A stretch of 54,469 nucleotides of DNA, the filler included, from Trypethelium eluteriae (Eukaryota): NCBI GenBank assembly GCA_051942245.1. It is 2 parts of 2 records of this genome, joined end to end, with 100 filler letters (N's around TTAATTAATTAA, not from the genome) between each part and the next. Parts side by side here need not be neighbours in the genome. Positions count along the whole stretch, not along the records: positions 27,358 to 54,469 come from JAVECL010000339.1; 1 more part is not named here. One strand, given 5' to 3'. Position numbers and translations under genes: made by a program. The notes below the pieces were generated by a model, which ran no database searches, had not been told where the DNA came from, and saw only the letters and a list, made by a program, of their open reading frames with translations. Shown piece after piece: positions 36,251-47,120 of this stretch (position 1 is its first letter; each line of letters begins with the position of its first letter).

Positions 36251-37207
36251 ATGGACGAGAGTGCTGAGGAGTGGATAGGTCTGATGTATTTCCAGCCCTA
36301 GATTTCCATCCGTTCAGCTTTGGTAGACGACAGAAGTAAGTGATATTATGACCTTGTTATGATGTTGAAGTAATACAGCCCTACCACTACTCACGAGATT
36401 TCCTCAGTGATCTTCCTTTTCATTTCAAAGAAGAGGCCCCAGGGCCCAATCTATTTGCTCAAAGATCTTGAGCTACAATCACTCTTCCAATTTGTAATTA
36501 GGGAGTATGAGGGCACTTATTTTCATTAAGCTCGTTGGTTATCACCAGTCGTAAGGACATCACCACTACAAAATTAAGACAAGAAACATTGAATTTGAAA
36601 CAGTCGCTCTGATCAGACTTTTGTGATTCCAAACCCCACCCTTCTTTCCTGCATGCTAGCTCTCTTTCTCCACTCAAGACGCGCTGACTGTTGCGGTTTC
36701 ACTGTGAATGTCAAAGGTAAGAAGCAGATGCGATAAGACCAAGCAGCAGGTGGTGATTGCTTGCTCGGACGAGTAAGTCCGATAAGGAGAAAAGGGATAT
36801 ACATACCGCACTTACCTGATTGAGCTCGCATTTGTTTCCCTGACCTCGCAGCACATCTCCTGTCAGTTGTTATCTCAAGCTGCGAGGCCAGGTACTAAAG
36901 CCACCAGGCCACGTCAAGGCTCGAGCTCATGCTGGTGGTGCGGCACCGTTACGGTGCCGCCGGATAGCTGGTGCAGAGGAAGCGCGGACTAACCGAACGC
37001 TGTGCATGCAAGAGCCTACCGCGAGGTTTTCTACGCAAAACCAGGAAAACCGGAGAAGCAGGTGGGGAGTGACCTTTGGACAAGCCGTCAGGTGTGCACC
37101 GCAGCTCTTCCCGGGGGGTGATTGAGAGCACACCCCCAATGCCCCAGAAGCTCAACAGAGAGGACCGGGCAAAGCCGTCGAGTCGTGCATGTTGAGACTT
37201 CCGCGCG

Positions 37208-37286
37208 AAAACCCCAAAAACGCCAAACGCCAAACCCCAAAACGCCGAACGCCAAAACGCCAAAACTCCAAAACGCCTAAAACGCC
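37208..37286 (+). repeat. Minisatellite of about 10 AAAACGCC-like units
   Basis: aaaacccc aaaaacgcc aaacgcc aaacccc aaaacgcc gaacgcc aaaacgcc aaaactcc aaaacgcct aaaacgcc. Confidence 0.85.
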
Positions 37287-37350
37287 TCCCTCGTCTCAAC
37301 TCAGCAACACAACACTGTGAAGCGAAAAGTCAGCCAAACAGATAATGATG

Positions 37351-37567
37351 GGTTGGGGGTCTCCCCGTCTGGAAAGAGCAAAAATGGGATGTGGAGCAGA
37401 AAGGGGATGCAAAGCAAGAAAGTGCAAGCGTTGTGTGAAAGTGCTTGTAAATGATAGGAAAGATGCATGGACAATGAATAATGCAAATTTGGACTGGGGG
37501 GTTCCCCATCTGGAAAGAGCAAGAATGTGATTTGAAACAAAAATTGGGGTGCAAAGCAAGAAGGTGC
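37351..37567 (+). repeat. Diverged direct repeat, period 141 bp
   Basis: GGGGGT.TCCCC.TCTGGAAAGAGCAA..ATG.GAT.TG.A.CA.AAA..GG..TGCAAAGCAAGAA.GTGC occurs at ~37351 and ~37492. Confidence 0.85.
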
Positions 37568-37632
37568 TGGTGAATAGTACGGGTGGTGCGTGCTTCGGTC
37601 GGCACCCAACAGAACTCAGATTTCGAAGGGAA

Positions 37633-37976
37633 TCAAAACTCACATCTCAAAGCAACCCGCCTTGTCTTGCTCTTTAGTCGACTCCATCGACTCGTCGGTT
37701 TCTCCTTCTGCAGAAGAGATGTTAGCATCGTGGCATCATCTATCAGGGAACGCCCCCGGCAATTAATACCTCGTCGAGAACACCGACGTCCTCTTCAAAG
37801 AGGATGATGGTGTCGGTGCCGAACCTGACCTCTTTGGGAGGGTTGAGGGGCCTCCCAGAGGTGGTTGTCGTGTATGGGTTGAGTACACGATATGAAGAGG
37901 GAGGAGAAGGAGAGGTGATGACGGGCCTCCCCGAGGTGGTGGTGGAGTAAATGGAGGGAGAATATGCTCGATCCAT
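37633..37976 (-). CDS. Small spliced orphan protein (about 93 aa), Ser/Thr/Pro-rich with an internal repeat
   Basis: ATG 37976 and a canonical 62-nt intron 37769-37708 (GAG|GTATTA..GCTAAC..TGCAG|AAG) give ...KEVRFGTDTIILFEEDVGVLDE|KEKPTSRWSRLKSKTRRVALRCEF*. TATAAG lies on the minus strand near 38182-38187. Confidence 0.5.
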
Positions 37977-37977
37977 T

Positions 37978-38033
37978 GAAGAGGATGAGGATGAGGATGA
38001 GGATGAAGATGAAGATCATGATGATGATGATGC
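37978..38033 (+). repeat. (GARGAT)n/(GAT)n microsatellite
   Basis: gaagaggatgaggatgaggatgaggatgaagatgaagatcatgatgatgatgatg. Confidence 0.85.
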
Positions 38034-38218
38034 TGAGGGCCCCCTGGGTGATGAGGGTGAAAATGATGAAGAAGATGACAGTGGTGATTGATGCAGACTC
38101 TGCAGAATGATGATTGTGCAAGATGTCTGTGTGAGGGAGAAAAAATAAAAGAAGAGAAGGTCGGGCTCTGAAGAGCAGCTACTTATACTTGGCTGGCAGC
38201 ACTAAGTCACGGGAGAGC

Positions 38219-38278
38219 TTACTACAGCGTTCCTCATCTTGGATTACTACAGCGTTCCTCACCTTGGATTACGACAGC
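38219..38278 (+). repeat. 25-bp tandem repeat x2.4
   Basis: TTACTACAGCGTTCCTCATCTTGGA / TTACTACAGCGTTCCTCACCTTGGA / TTACGACAGC. Confidence 0.9.
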
Positions 38279-39602
38279 AGACGCACGGCGCTGCTCAGGC
38301 GACGCGGCCACTGCCGAAGTTTGGCCACAGGTCTAGAAAACCTGAAGAAAGGATTTCTGGAAGAGGTGGACTCCTTCTGATAGGCTTGCCTCACTTCAGC
38401 TAACATTTAACATCCTCCATCATCTCGATTGAAGCCTGATCAATGGGATGCTGATCAGTCAAGAGAGAGATTCGGTTGATAGGTGATGCACAAGCCTTCT
38501 CCGGACCTCCTTCGGATCGGTTGAGCCCAACAGACAACCGTGCACTTCGCTTTGGGCATGTCGATGCAATGGGGCGTCAACGACTATGGCACTTCCCAGC
38601 CGTTGACGGTGGAAATCCACTTTTCCCAAGGTGCCAGAAGTAGCAGCCAGTTAGATATCCGTAGATTAAATCCTGACAGACTCTAAGATCGAGCTAAATT
38701 CGGCTCTTTCCGAAAATGTGAATTAAGTACGTCCAGGACGTGAGATATTCCATTTAGGAGCTGATGGAATTATTGGCATACGTGCAAATTAGCTCAATCC
38801 TGATGTCTATTTACTAGTCAGCAAGTGGCAGATATGGTAATTCCCGCCAGTCTACCCTGGCTCTATCTACGACGGCCCGTTCCGCTAGGACTTCAACGGT
38901 GCCAACCACCTCTTTCTAGCTCTATCTCGCAATTTTCTGCACTATATCTGATACCTTCCCCATAGATTTTAGTATGAGAGGTTTAATTCTACTCGTGGGT
39001 GCGCTTGAGACTTTGGTACATTTCTAGACGCGGGCATTGTGATCAGTTGGCGTCAGAATCAGACATTTTGTAGCGCATCGTATAGCTGGGCTACTGAATA
39101 CACCTAATTTCTGATGACTGGTAATCCTTTTCAGACACGTGGTCTCTGAGTATACTAGATAAACCACCAAACGATATCAATGTGGGTCATTGGTCCCCAC
39201 TCAGTATGTAACGGGTTTTGGTTGGGATGGAAATATGGAAGAGCCTTTTCTCATTCAGTATCCCCAATGCAGTGCAGAAGTCAGCCCGCTGTTTTCGGTA
39301 TTGGCTTATGGGGCTCGAGGAGTCATCACACAGGCTTAGGTGGGATTGTAAAACCAGAGCCTCATCTTCGCGAAGACAACACATGCATGCACACGATCCT
39401 AGGTTTAATCACTCCATGCGAGCTTTTAATTTACAAGACTATTTCAGGAAGCTATTGAAGTGTTCACTTTACATTGGCCCGGCAGAGTTCTGAAGCTGAC
39501 CTCGACCTTGTCAAGTTGAGGTGAGGCTCCAAACTAAGTTTGTATCAATCAGCGAATTCTTGTTGTGAAAATATCGATATGCCTTTCATTGACTGGGTCC
39601 TC

Positions 39603-40637
39603 CTAAATAGTGAGCACGATCTTGCCTCTTCCGCTTGATCTTCGCTTGCATTGATCATAGGCCAGTTGGGCATCCATCAAAGGAAAGGATTCAGCTACGA
39701 AAGCTCTCAATAATCCCAGATCGATCGCTTGAGAAATCTCCTCCAGCCGTGCCCTAGATGGCTTAACGATGAAGAAAACTGCTCTTACATCTTCTCTAGG
39801 ATCCGCTGATGTTTGCCGGTGCTTCTGATCAAAGCCAAAACTACTTGATTCTACAGAGACCAGATTTCCGCCAAGAGTTACGCGAGACCAGCACATTTCC
39901 AGAATCTTACCCCCAATCGTGTCTATGATGGCATCGTACGTTCTGATGTCTTTTCCAAGGTTTCCAGTCTCCACAACCTCATCTGCACCAAGGCTCAACA
40001 GAAAATCCCTGTTTCGATCATCCGAGCTAGTGAGGGCAGCGACGTGGTTTCCTGCGAGTTTAGCCAGTTGAACAAGATAGATGCCGACACAGCCAGTGGC
40101 GCCCGTGATCAGAATCCTCCTTCCTGTCGTTTCTTGGACGTTGTGACTTCTGTTTCGTAGATCGCCAAATGTCGGTCTTGGTAGACCTGCCTTGTCGAAA
40201 AGAGCTTGGTAGGCTGTAAGAGCACTTAGCGGCAAAGCAGCTGCTTCTTCCCATGAAAGCATGCGAGGCTTCGCGCATGCCTCCTCGACTTTGACAATTG
40301 CATATTCTGCCCAGACCGAACTACGGTCCGTATCCACCATACCGAAGATCTCGTCTCCTGCTTTGAAAGGGGATTCTTCATTGCTTGAGGAAGTTGAGAC
40401 GACAGTGCCAGCGAAGTCGAGACCTGGGATCGCAGACTGTGTCACATAGATTTCTGGCCAGGTCAATTCGTCACGCGTGACGGTCGCAGCGCGGATGCGA
40501 ACAAGAAGTTCCCCGGCATGCGTTGGCATGGGGATTTGCACGTCGTTGCCCAGCTGCAGAGCAGAAGATGGCGCTGGATTCTGAGGTGAGTATGGAGGCT
40601 GGCCCGGACTGGCAGGACGCAAACGAATGGCTTGCAT
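39603..40637 (-). CDS. Medium-chain dehydrogenase/reductase (zinc-independent NADPH:quinone reductase-like)
   Basis: TRDELTW, PGLDFAGTV, WAEY, AAALPLSALTAYQAL, Rossmann ILITGATGCVG, DTIGG and GKIVL. First ATG (MQAIRL) at 40637. Confidence 0.9.
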   Translation of the reverse strand: MQAIRLRPASPGQPPYSPQNPAPSSALQLGNDVQIPMPTHAGELLVRIRAATVTRDELTWPEIYVTQSAIPGLDFAGTVVSTSSSNEESPFKAGDEIFGMVDTDRSSVWAEYAIVKVEEACAKPRMLSWEEAAALPLSALTAYQALFDKAGLPRPTFGDLRNRSHNVQETTGRRILITGATGCVGIYLVQLAKLAGNHVAALTSSDDRNRDFLLSLGADEVVETGNLGKDIRTYDAIIDTIGGKILEMCWSRVTLGGNLVSVESSSFGFDQKHRQTSADPREDVRAVFFIVKPSRARLEEISQAIDLGLLRAFVAESFPLMDAQLAYDQCKRRSSGRGKIVLTI

Positions 40638-42059
40638 GATTGTGAAGCTTGACAACAGGGTTCTGCTAGACTTATGCTGAAGTTCGTCCTGCGCTCTGAC
40701 GATCTAATATTGTTGGCCAGCGTATTGGATGCAGCGATTGCAGATTGCACTCTGTTCACCCGCGAAATGCGCTTGTCTTGCCGACTCTCTCCAGGACCGA
40801 TATCGTACTCTAGAGTATCCCGCGTCTGTTTTGATCGATCATGAATATATCAATTTTCGACATCGACATCGACTTCGCGTATGAGATTGGTGACCGCAGG
40901 ACCAGCAGCATCTGTGTCTCCTTGGATTCTTTATTGATCTGATCTGGCAAGTCGAGAACCGCTGTAAAGCCCCTGTCAGAACCATGGTGGTGGGCACAGG
41001 GGGAAGCGCGTATGGCTGCGGGGCGGGCTAGACTTACAGTACTCTAGAGTAGAGTATACTAGGACAAAAGCGTCCGGGCAACCCCCAGAAATTTTCCTAC
41101 GCCAATGAGCGGATACTTTTTTCGCATGACTGTACTTTCGTCTCGCAGTCCGTCAGCACCTCTTCAGTGTTGCAGTAGCAACCAGTTGTCGAGGTTGTGA
41201 GGTGCTGCCATCTGAGTTGCCGAAGACTGATGTCGAGGTTCCGAAGATCCTAGGATTCTGCTACGGCTGAGATTGTTGCGATTGGGAGCTTCCAAAATTA
41301 CCGAAGGTGCTTGGCTTGGATCGGCCCAGGAGGTCGATGATAATTGGGTTGTATCCACAGATGGATTGTGTCATCGGAATATAATTGATATCGATTGTTT
41401 CTGTGTTGTGCGTTTGGAGAATGGTTGTTATGTGGTGCAATCGTTGGGGATTTTAATTGGAAAAATGAGGCGCTCGTAAAGCTTGTATGGTTCTGATCTG
41501 TCTGGTGTCTGTCTGAGGAAGCTATCCAAAAGAGGAGGTGAAGAATAGAATAGGTAAGCAGGTGGCAGCTGCCTTACTGGTCCTCATATGCCTCAGTCGT
41601 CAGAACCCGGACGATAACTTGAGAAATACCGTGGACAGTCGAACGGAAAAAGATGGGACGGTCAGTAAACAGGACATACACTGTTTAGGAAGCCACGATC
41701 GGTTTTAGGAACCCCCTATGCGCGGCTAGGTCAAGGGCACAGACCCAGACAGAAGTCGAAGCCATTGCTCCCTTGATCATTTATGGGGATTCTCCAATGT
41801 GCTTATACAGATCTTCTATCGGAAAAGCTTCCTAGTGAATCTCGATGGTCAATTTGCAGAACACGCCAACTCGCACTGAATCTTCCTTCCCTATGCTTCA
41901 GAATTCACTTACTGTGTAAGAACCCTACGACCTCTATCTACTAGCTTCTCTGAGACTGTAGGAATTCAAATAATGTTCTGAAATTTGTTCTATTTTTCTA
42001 CCCACTACACGCTGTTCATTATATACATTAGGCTGTGGAAAGGCTGATTGCCGAAGTAT

Positions 42060-43503
42060 TCACGGCGAGAAAGGACTGCCGCCGCACGTATCAACAGGCG
42101 CAAAGAATCCAGTTGTGTCCTCAATTTGCGTTCCATCAGGCGATGTGATATCAAAATGGATTGCACCAGGGCCTGGAACTGCGTCAGGGTTACCAGCATT
42201 CAGCCACAGAATGGTGACTGGCAGAAGCTTTCCGGCCTCGAGATTCACACTATAAGTCTCCGGTGGGTTTGAGAAGTAGTGGAAAAGATCCTGATTACCG
42301 TCCTGCCAATTTGAACCCAAAGCATTGTCGGCGGTCCACAACCAGAAATGATCGTCATCGTATTGTTCGACAGTAAATGTGAAGGTACCGGATGTTGGAG
42401 GGACGAAATAGCCTTGGAATACGATAGCTATACCATCAATGTCGAAGGGAGGATATCCGGGCAGGTTGTATGGTCCATCTGTTGGACCGCTGACCGCGTC
42501 AATGTTTTGTATGACGCCCGCTCTTTGATAATCGGGTGATTGGAAGTCGGTAGGATCGAAGCTTTGGAAGCTATCGTCATATTGATAGTACGACAATCCA
42601 GTGGGGACGGGTGGAACGACGTTGGTCGAGATGAAGGTGGAGGTGACCGTAACGGTATTAGTGACATCAACCTCCTGTCCAACAGTTGTGGTAAGAGTCA
42701 CCGTTCTAGAACCAGATTAGAAACAGCTCATAGAATAGGGTACATATACTAACGCAGTAGTGACAGGAGTGGTGGTGGTGTATGCCGTAGTGGTAAGTGT
42801 CTGTGCCACCAAAGTTGAAGTTGTTGTAGCTGTCGAGGTTGGAGAAGGTATGGCTAGGCACGAGCAAACTTTGGAGACAGCAGTTGTGGCTAGGCCCTTC
42901 AGATAGGACGGTGTGGGCGAAGGAGTGGCTACCGTTGTTCCTCGTGCTTTCAACTTAGCCTCGGAAGAAGCAGGACAGATATATGGCCCAGTGGAAGTCG
43001 CGATCGTAGTAGTTGTAACAGTCTACTCGATTAGCCTGGGACTTTGATAGAAGAGAATCAGCCTACCACGGTAGCAGTCTGGATCACCGTGTAAGGAGTT
43101 GTCTGTAAAGGATGGTTAACCGTGGCAAGTAGGAGCTGAAAATTTTGTTACTTACTATCGACGACGTTACTGTGGATGTCCTTGTTGAAGTAGGAGCTAT
43201 GATCGTATTGTGCGCGGTCGTAGACGAGACTGGAGGAGTGTATGTTGCAGTTTTGGTGCTTCTCATCCTGTTAATGGTGTCCACTAAAGAAGAATAAGAA
43301 GAAGGGAAATCTTACACTGTCACGGTCCCGATGTGGAGGTAACTGCTACAGAAAGGTGTAGCCTTGGGGTCTGCATCGGCTAGACTAAGGAGCGCAGTGA
43401 CTGCTGCGCAGACCGGATTAGGTAAATTGGGCACAGTAGTCGCAGGAGCAGCAAGAGCACCGAATGGCAAGACAAAAGGAAGTAATTGAATAGCAGCCCT
43501 CAT
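42060..43503 (-). CDS. Secreted Thr-rich protein with C-terminal GLEYA/PA14 lectin-adhesin domain (multi-exon)
   Basis: Signal peptide MRAAIQLLPFVLPFGALA; FCSSYL and VSKVCSCL motifs; Thr-rich exons; C-terminal IVFQGYFVPPTSGTFTF..YDDDHFWLW..LEAGKLLPVTILWLN..FDITSPDG. Confidence 0.8.
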
Positions 43504-44597
43504 TTTGTAGGAGATTGAGGCGATTTGGTCTGGAGGATACTTGTGTTTTGCTGCGCTCTGCTCTTGTCCGAGTAGGAGTGTCGTACGTCGGCTTATATAC
43601 CTTTCTTTGCTCAGATCTGAGCGGTGCAAAGCTGCTCTATTGTTAAGGTCCAGATCCAGACATCTCAGATTTCCGTGCAAGCACCTGTTGAATCAAAATC
43701 AGAGACGATCTAGCCGTCATCCCGATCCAGTCAGATTTAGCGAGACATGACCGAAAACTTGAACACTTCGAGTAGTAAGGATCAAGGCATGATCTTAGAT
43801 TGTGCACCAAGACTGATTTCTGCAAGGTCTTTGGCAGCTAAGTACCCTAACAAGCGGAATGTTCATGTTCGAGCATCGAGACTTTTGCGTCAGCCCAGCC
43901 AGATCGTGAAAGCTAGAGGTATAGCTTAGGGCGAAAAGATGAGCTCGCGTGGATGGGCGTGACGAAAGGGCGTTCGAGGTCAAGAAGAGGTATGATTGGT
44001 GGAACGAGTAGGCCATGCGGTCCTAAAAGTGCTTCTCGCCTTTGCACCTTTTTGTGGCTGGCTGCGCGCATCCCAATGAGTACTAGGCGTAAATCTGAGT
44101 GGGGAGAGCGATGCAGGGACCCGGGGGACCGACTCGATCCAGACGTTCTAGTCAATTAAGTGCATTTCAAAAATCCTCAATCAGGGATTGATGTTCGTGG
44201 TCCCTTCCGTAAACGTCTCGACTGATCGGCAGCTTTCTTGATCTAGCACCTTCACAGATTTCCTCCTTTGCCGCCTTCGGCACTTCCTCCGAACGGCAAA
44301 TGCCCCCTCAACTTCTCGATCGTGAATGCATGAGCGCAACAGCAAGCGCGTCGAACAAATGTAGAGTTCTGCTACTGTACTGCGAGCATCCGAGGTACAG
44401 CATTCTCAGCTCATCGTTTGGTATGTGGAATTTCGCCCGAAAAATGCGCCTCGCTTCAGTGTAAGTAACTGACTTTTAGAATCCGTGCTAATTGTGGCGT
44501 GGTATTCATCGCGACAGTTTTCCTACACCTATGATTGTTGGCACTTACTACCACGGACGAATTCCTGATAGACGAACAGAATAGAGACTGCTCTGAT

Positions 44598-45440
44598 TTA
44601 TGGAGAACTTCCCAGCAGCTCAAACTGTTCTTGTTCAGTTGACAGTTCCCGTTTCACTCCAGCTTGTCCGTTCGCTTCAACCAGAGTCTCTGGCGATAAC
44701 TCTTGCGGTGGAAAACTAGCATGCGTAGAGGACGACGCGACTGTCTGCTCTTGTCTCAGCCTCTTGACAAGTTTTTTCCGGATGAACAATGTAATAAGCC
44801 CCGCAAAGAAGACACCAGCCAGTATCGAACTGATCACAATTCCTGCTAGTGACCCTTGAGAAAGCGAGATGCTGTTTGTCGAATGAGTACTCGAGGTAGT
44901 GCTGGGTTTTGGTGCTGTACTATCTACCCCAGGGGTTGCCAAAGTAGACGAAGAAGAAGGCGAGAGTGCCGTAGAAATTGGATTGATTGTGGTACTTGTG
45001 AGGGTCGGGTAGGCTGTCGAATCAAAATCCACGGCTTCCGAGGCATTCAGATCTTTGTTTGGATTTGCAAACGTAGCCCAGCACACGCTTGCCTGGCCTT
45101 CAGTCTGTGTGCACAATTCATATTCTTTACTGCAGCACCATGTTTGACCATTGTTGTTGCAAACCTGTTGCGTAGAGTCGGGAGTTGTATCATCACCGCC
45201 ATGACATGCGTAGTTCCAGGACCAACAGACACTAGAAAGATTCAGTACACTTTGCGATAAAATCCCTGAAGACTTAATGGCTGACTTGTTTAGTGCCGGG
45301 CATGCCCAGACGCGGGGAATACCAGAGATATATGCGCAGAGATTGCCATTTTGAGTGTTAAGGTCGGCGTGGATCGTTGTCCCATTGAAGCTACACGCAT
45401 TCGGTGTCGGACTAGTAAAGAAGACTGGGTCTCGAGACAT
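44598..45440 (-). CDS. Mid2-like single-pass membrane protein with Cys-rich ectodomain
   Basis: Cys-rich segment (VCNNNGQTWCC..ELC..VCWA), Ser/Thr stalk, LSQGSLAGIVISSILAGVFFAGLITLFIRKK TM/stop-transfer, and QEL/REL/FEL tail motifs. Start uncertain; no signal peptide seen. Confidence 0.7.
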   Translation of the reverse strand: MSRDPVFFTSPTPNACSFNGTTIHADLNTQNGNLCAYISGIPRVWACPALNKSAIKSSGILSQSVLNLSSVCWSWNYACHGGDDTTPDSTQQVCNNNGQTWCCSKEYELCTQTEGQASVCWATFANPNKDLNASEAVDFDSTAYPTLTSTTINPISTALSPSSSSTLATPGVDSTAPKPSTTSSTHSTNSISLSQGSLAGIVISSILAGVFFAGLITLFIRKKLVKRLRQEQTVASSSTHASFPPQELSPETLVEANGQAGVKRELSTEQEQFELLGSSP

Positions 45441-47120
45441 AACAACTAGAAGAAACGGCGAAATCTATCTGGCCGGACGTTGAAGTATACCAAGACCAGG
45501 TCCTTTGCAAAAGACAGACAGTCGCTTTCAGCAATACCCTGTGTAGAGGAAGAAAGCTGTACCAGCTTCTTGCCGCTGCGAAAGACACGTAAAATAAATA
45601 CTGGGTAGGCAAAGAGGCGACCGCTTGAAATTTAAGTTCTTGACAATAAAGGAAAGTCACACTCACAGTCAGACTTCATCTCGGTTACATCGACGTTCGG
45701 TAGTACGCATTACCACCAGAGTTGGAAAAGGCCAACAGCGACTGATATAAAGTGCTACTGACCGAGTCATTGTGCAGCTAAGTAATGATGTTAAATGCCG
45801 CTGTCCAACAAACGTACGATATTCGAGACGAGGCAGCATGCGCCTTGTTTCAAATTTTCTCAGCTCTCATGAAGGCAGCAAGGCAACCTAAGGTAGTCCA
45901 CTTTAATGATGATAAGAACAAAGAATAACCAGGAATATTGTAGAAAGACAGTATACAGCTCCGCCCAAATACTTTACCGTGACTACTCCGTACCTCTGTC
46001 TTACAAAACACTGGCTCACTCTAAGTGTACATGCGCTGATGGCGGGGGCTTGCTCTTAGGCTATGTAGGAGCGGAGATGTTCGTAAATCATCAAATCTGA
46101 TTACGAGACAATGAGAACTTCATGTATACGTGTAGTTTGATATTTGTTGAGGAAATCTACTGCGTCGTAATTCCTCGTGCGAAAATTTCAAAATCTTAGC
46201 TCAAAATCTTACATAAGCGTTGCAACCCGGACTTCTTTCTTCTTCTGAAGGATGTCTTCACAAATCCTGCACCACGTATGCTTGAGCTGTAGCCTTATGG
46301 ATGTTTCAAACAGCATAATTAGCAGAGACCGCTGCATTGATTGTTGATCGCTGGTTAGAGAGGTAGGCAAAGCGCGAAAACCCATATTTGGCCCCTTGCT
46401 GCGTGGGGGGTTGAAAATTTCTATCCGACGAGCAGCATTGCACGTTTCGCGCTGGCAAGCCTTTTTGGGACAATCCGCCCTAGCTTAAATGCGATGCTTT
46501 TTCTCCTTCTTCGTTGTTAAATTCTGCCTCCGTTGGCTCTTGCGTGTCGTCCCTGGTCTATCGTACCGACTAAAGTGACTTTCTAGCGTTAGCCGGCATT
46601 GCATTTCATGATATAAGCTACGTAAAAACGTGGATCACAATAGTCAAGTACGGACAAAACTACTCTTCACTCGCGACATCCTTCCTGCCCTGTCTGCGGG
46701 ATCCCATTTGGAAGAAAGGACTGAGGCTTTCGTCAACGATGAAAAGTTGCGCCATCCACACAAGATCTAGAACGCCAGATTAGATGGACTTCCTTGCAAA
46801 TTGGGTATCCATCGGTGCGCAACGGAACTGGCTGTCAATGTTCCTTGTACTTAGGGCCAATCGCCATGGGAGTGCCATTCCACGATTGGGCGTAGATCAG
46901 AAAGTCTTTTCCTCTCAGGATGGTTGCACTTCTAAATGACACAGTCTGGATTTGAACGAGATCATAGACCCCTACTTGTCGCCCACCAGACTACTGAGCC
47001 CAATGCAATCCTCGCCAGGACTAGCATATCCACAAAACCAGACAGCAACCAATTATGCTCTCCCATCCCAGCAGCCCAAACACGTTCTCTACCCACAACT
47101 CCTCCCAATGTAAGCCCCTC

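Noticed and set aside
37795..38121. 108-aa ORF with a hydrophobic Ile/Leu-rich stretch
   Set aside because: The hydrophobic run is just the translated (ATC/CTC) microsatellite, and the start is non-ATG; the alternative frame with a canonical intron is preferred.
37208..38278. CRISPR-like array or structured RNA (SRP/RNase P/snoRNA)
   Set aside because: The repeats are tandem without unique spacers in a eukaryotic context, and the conserved SRP helix-8, RNase P and box C/D motifs were not matched.
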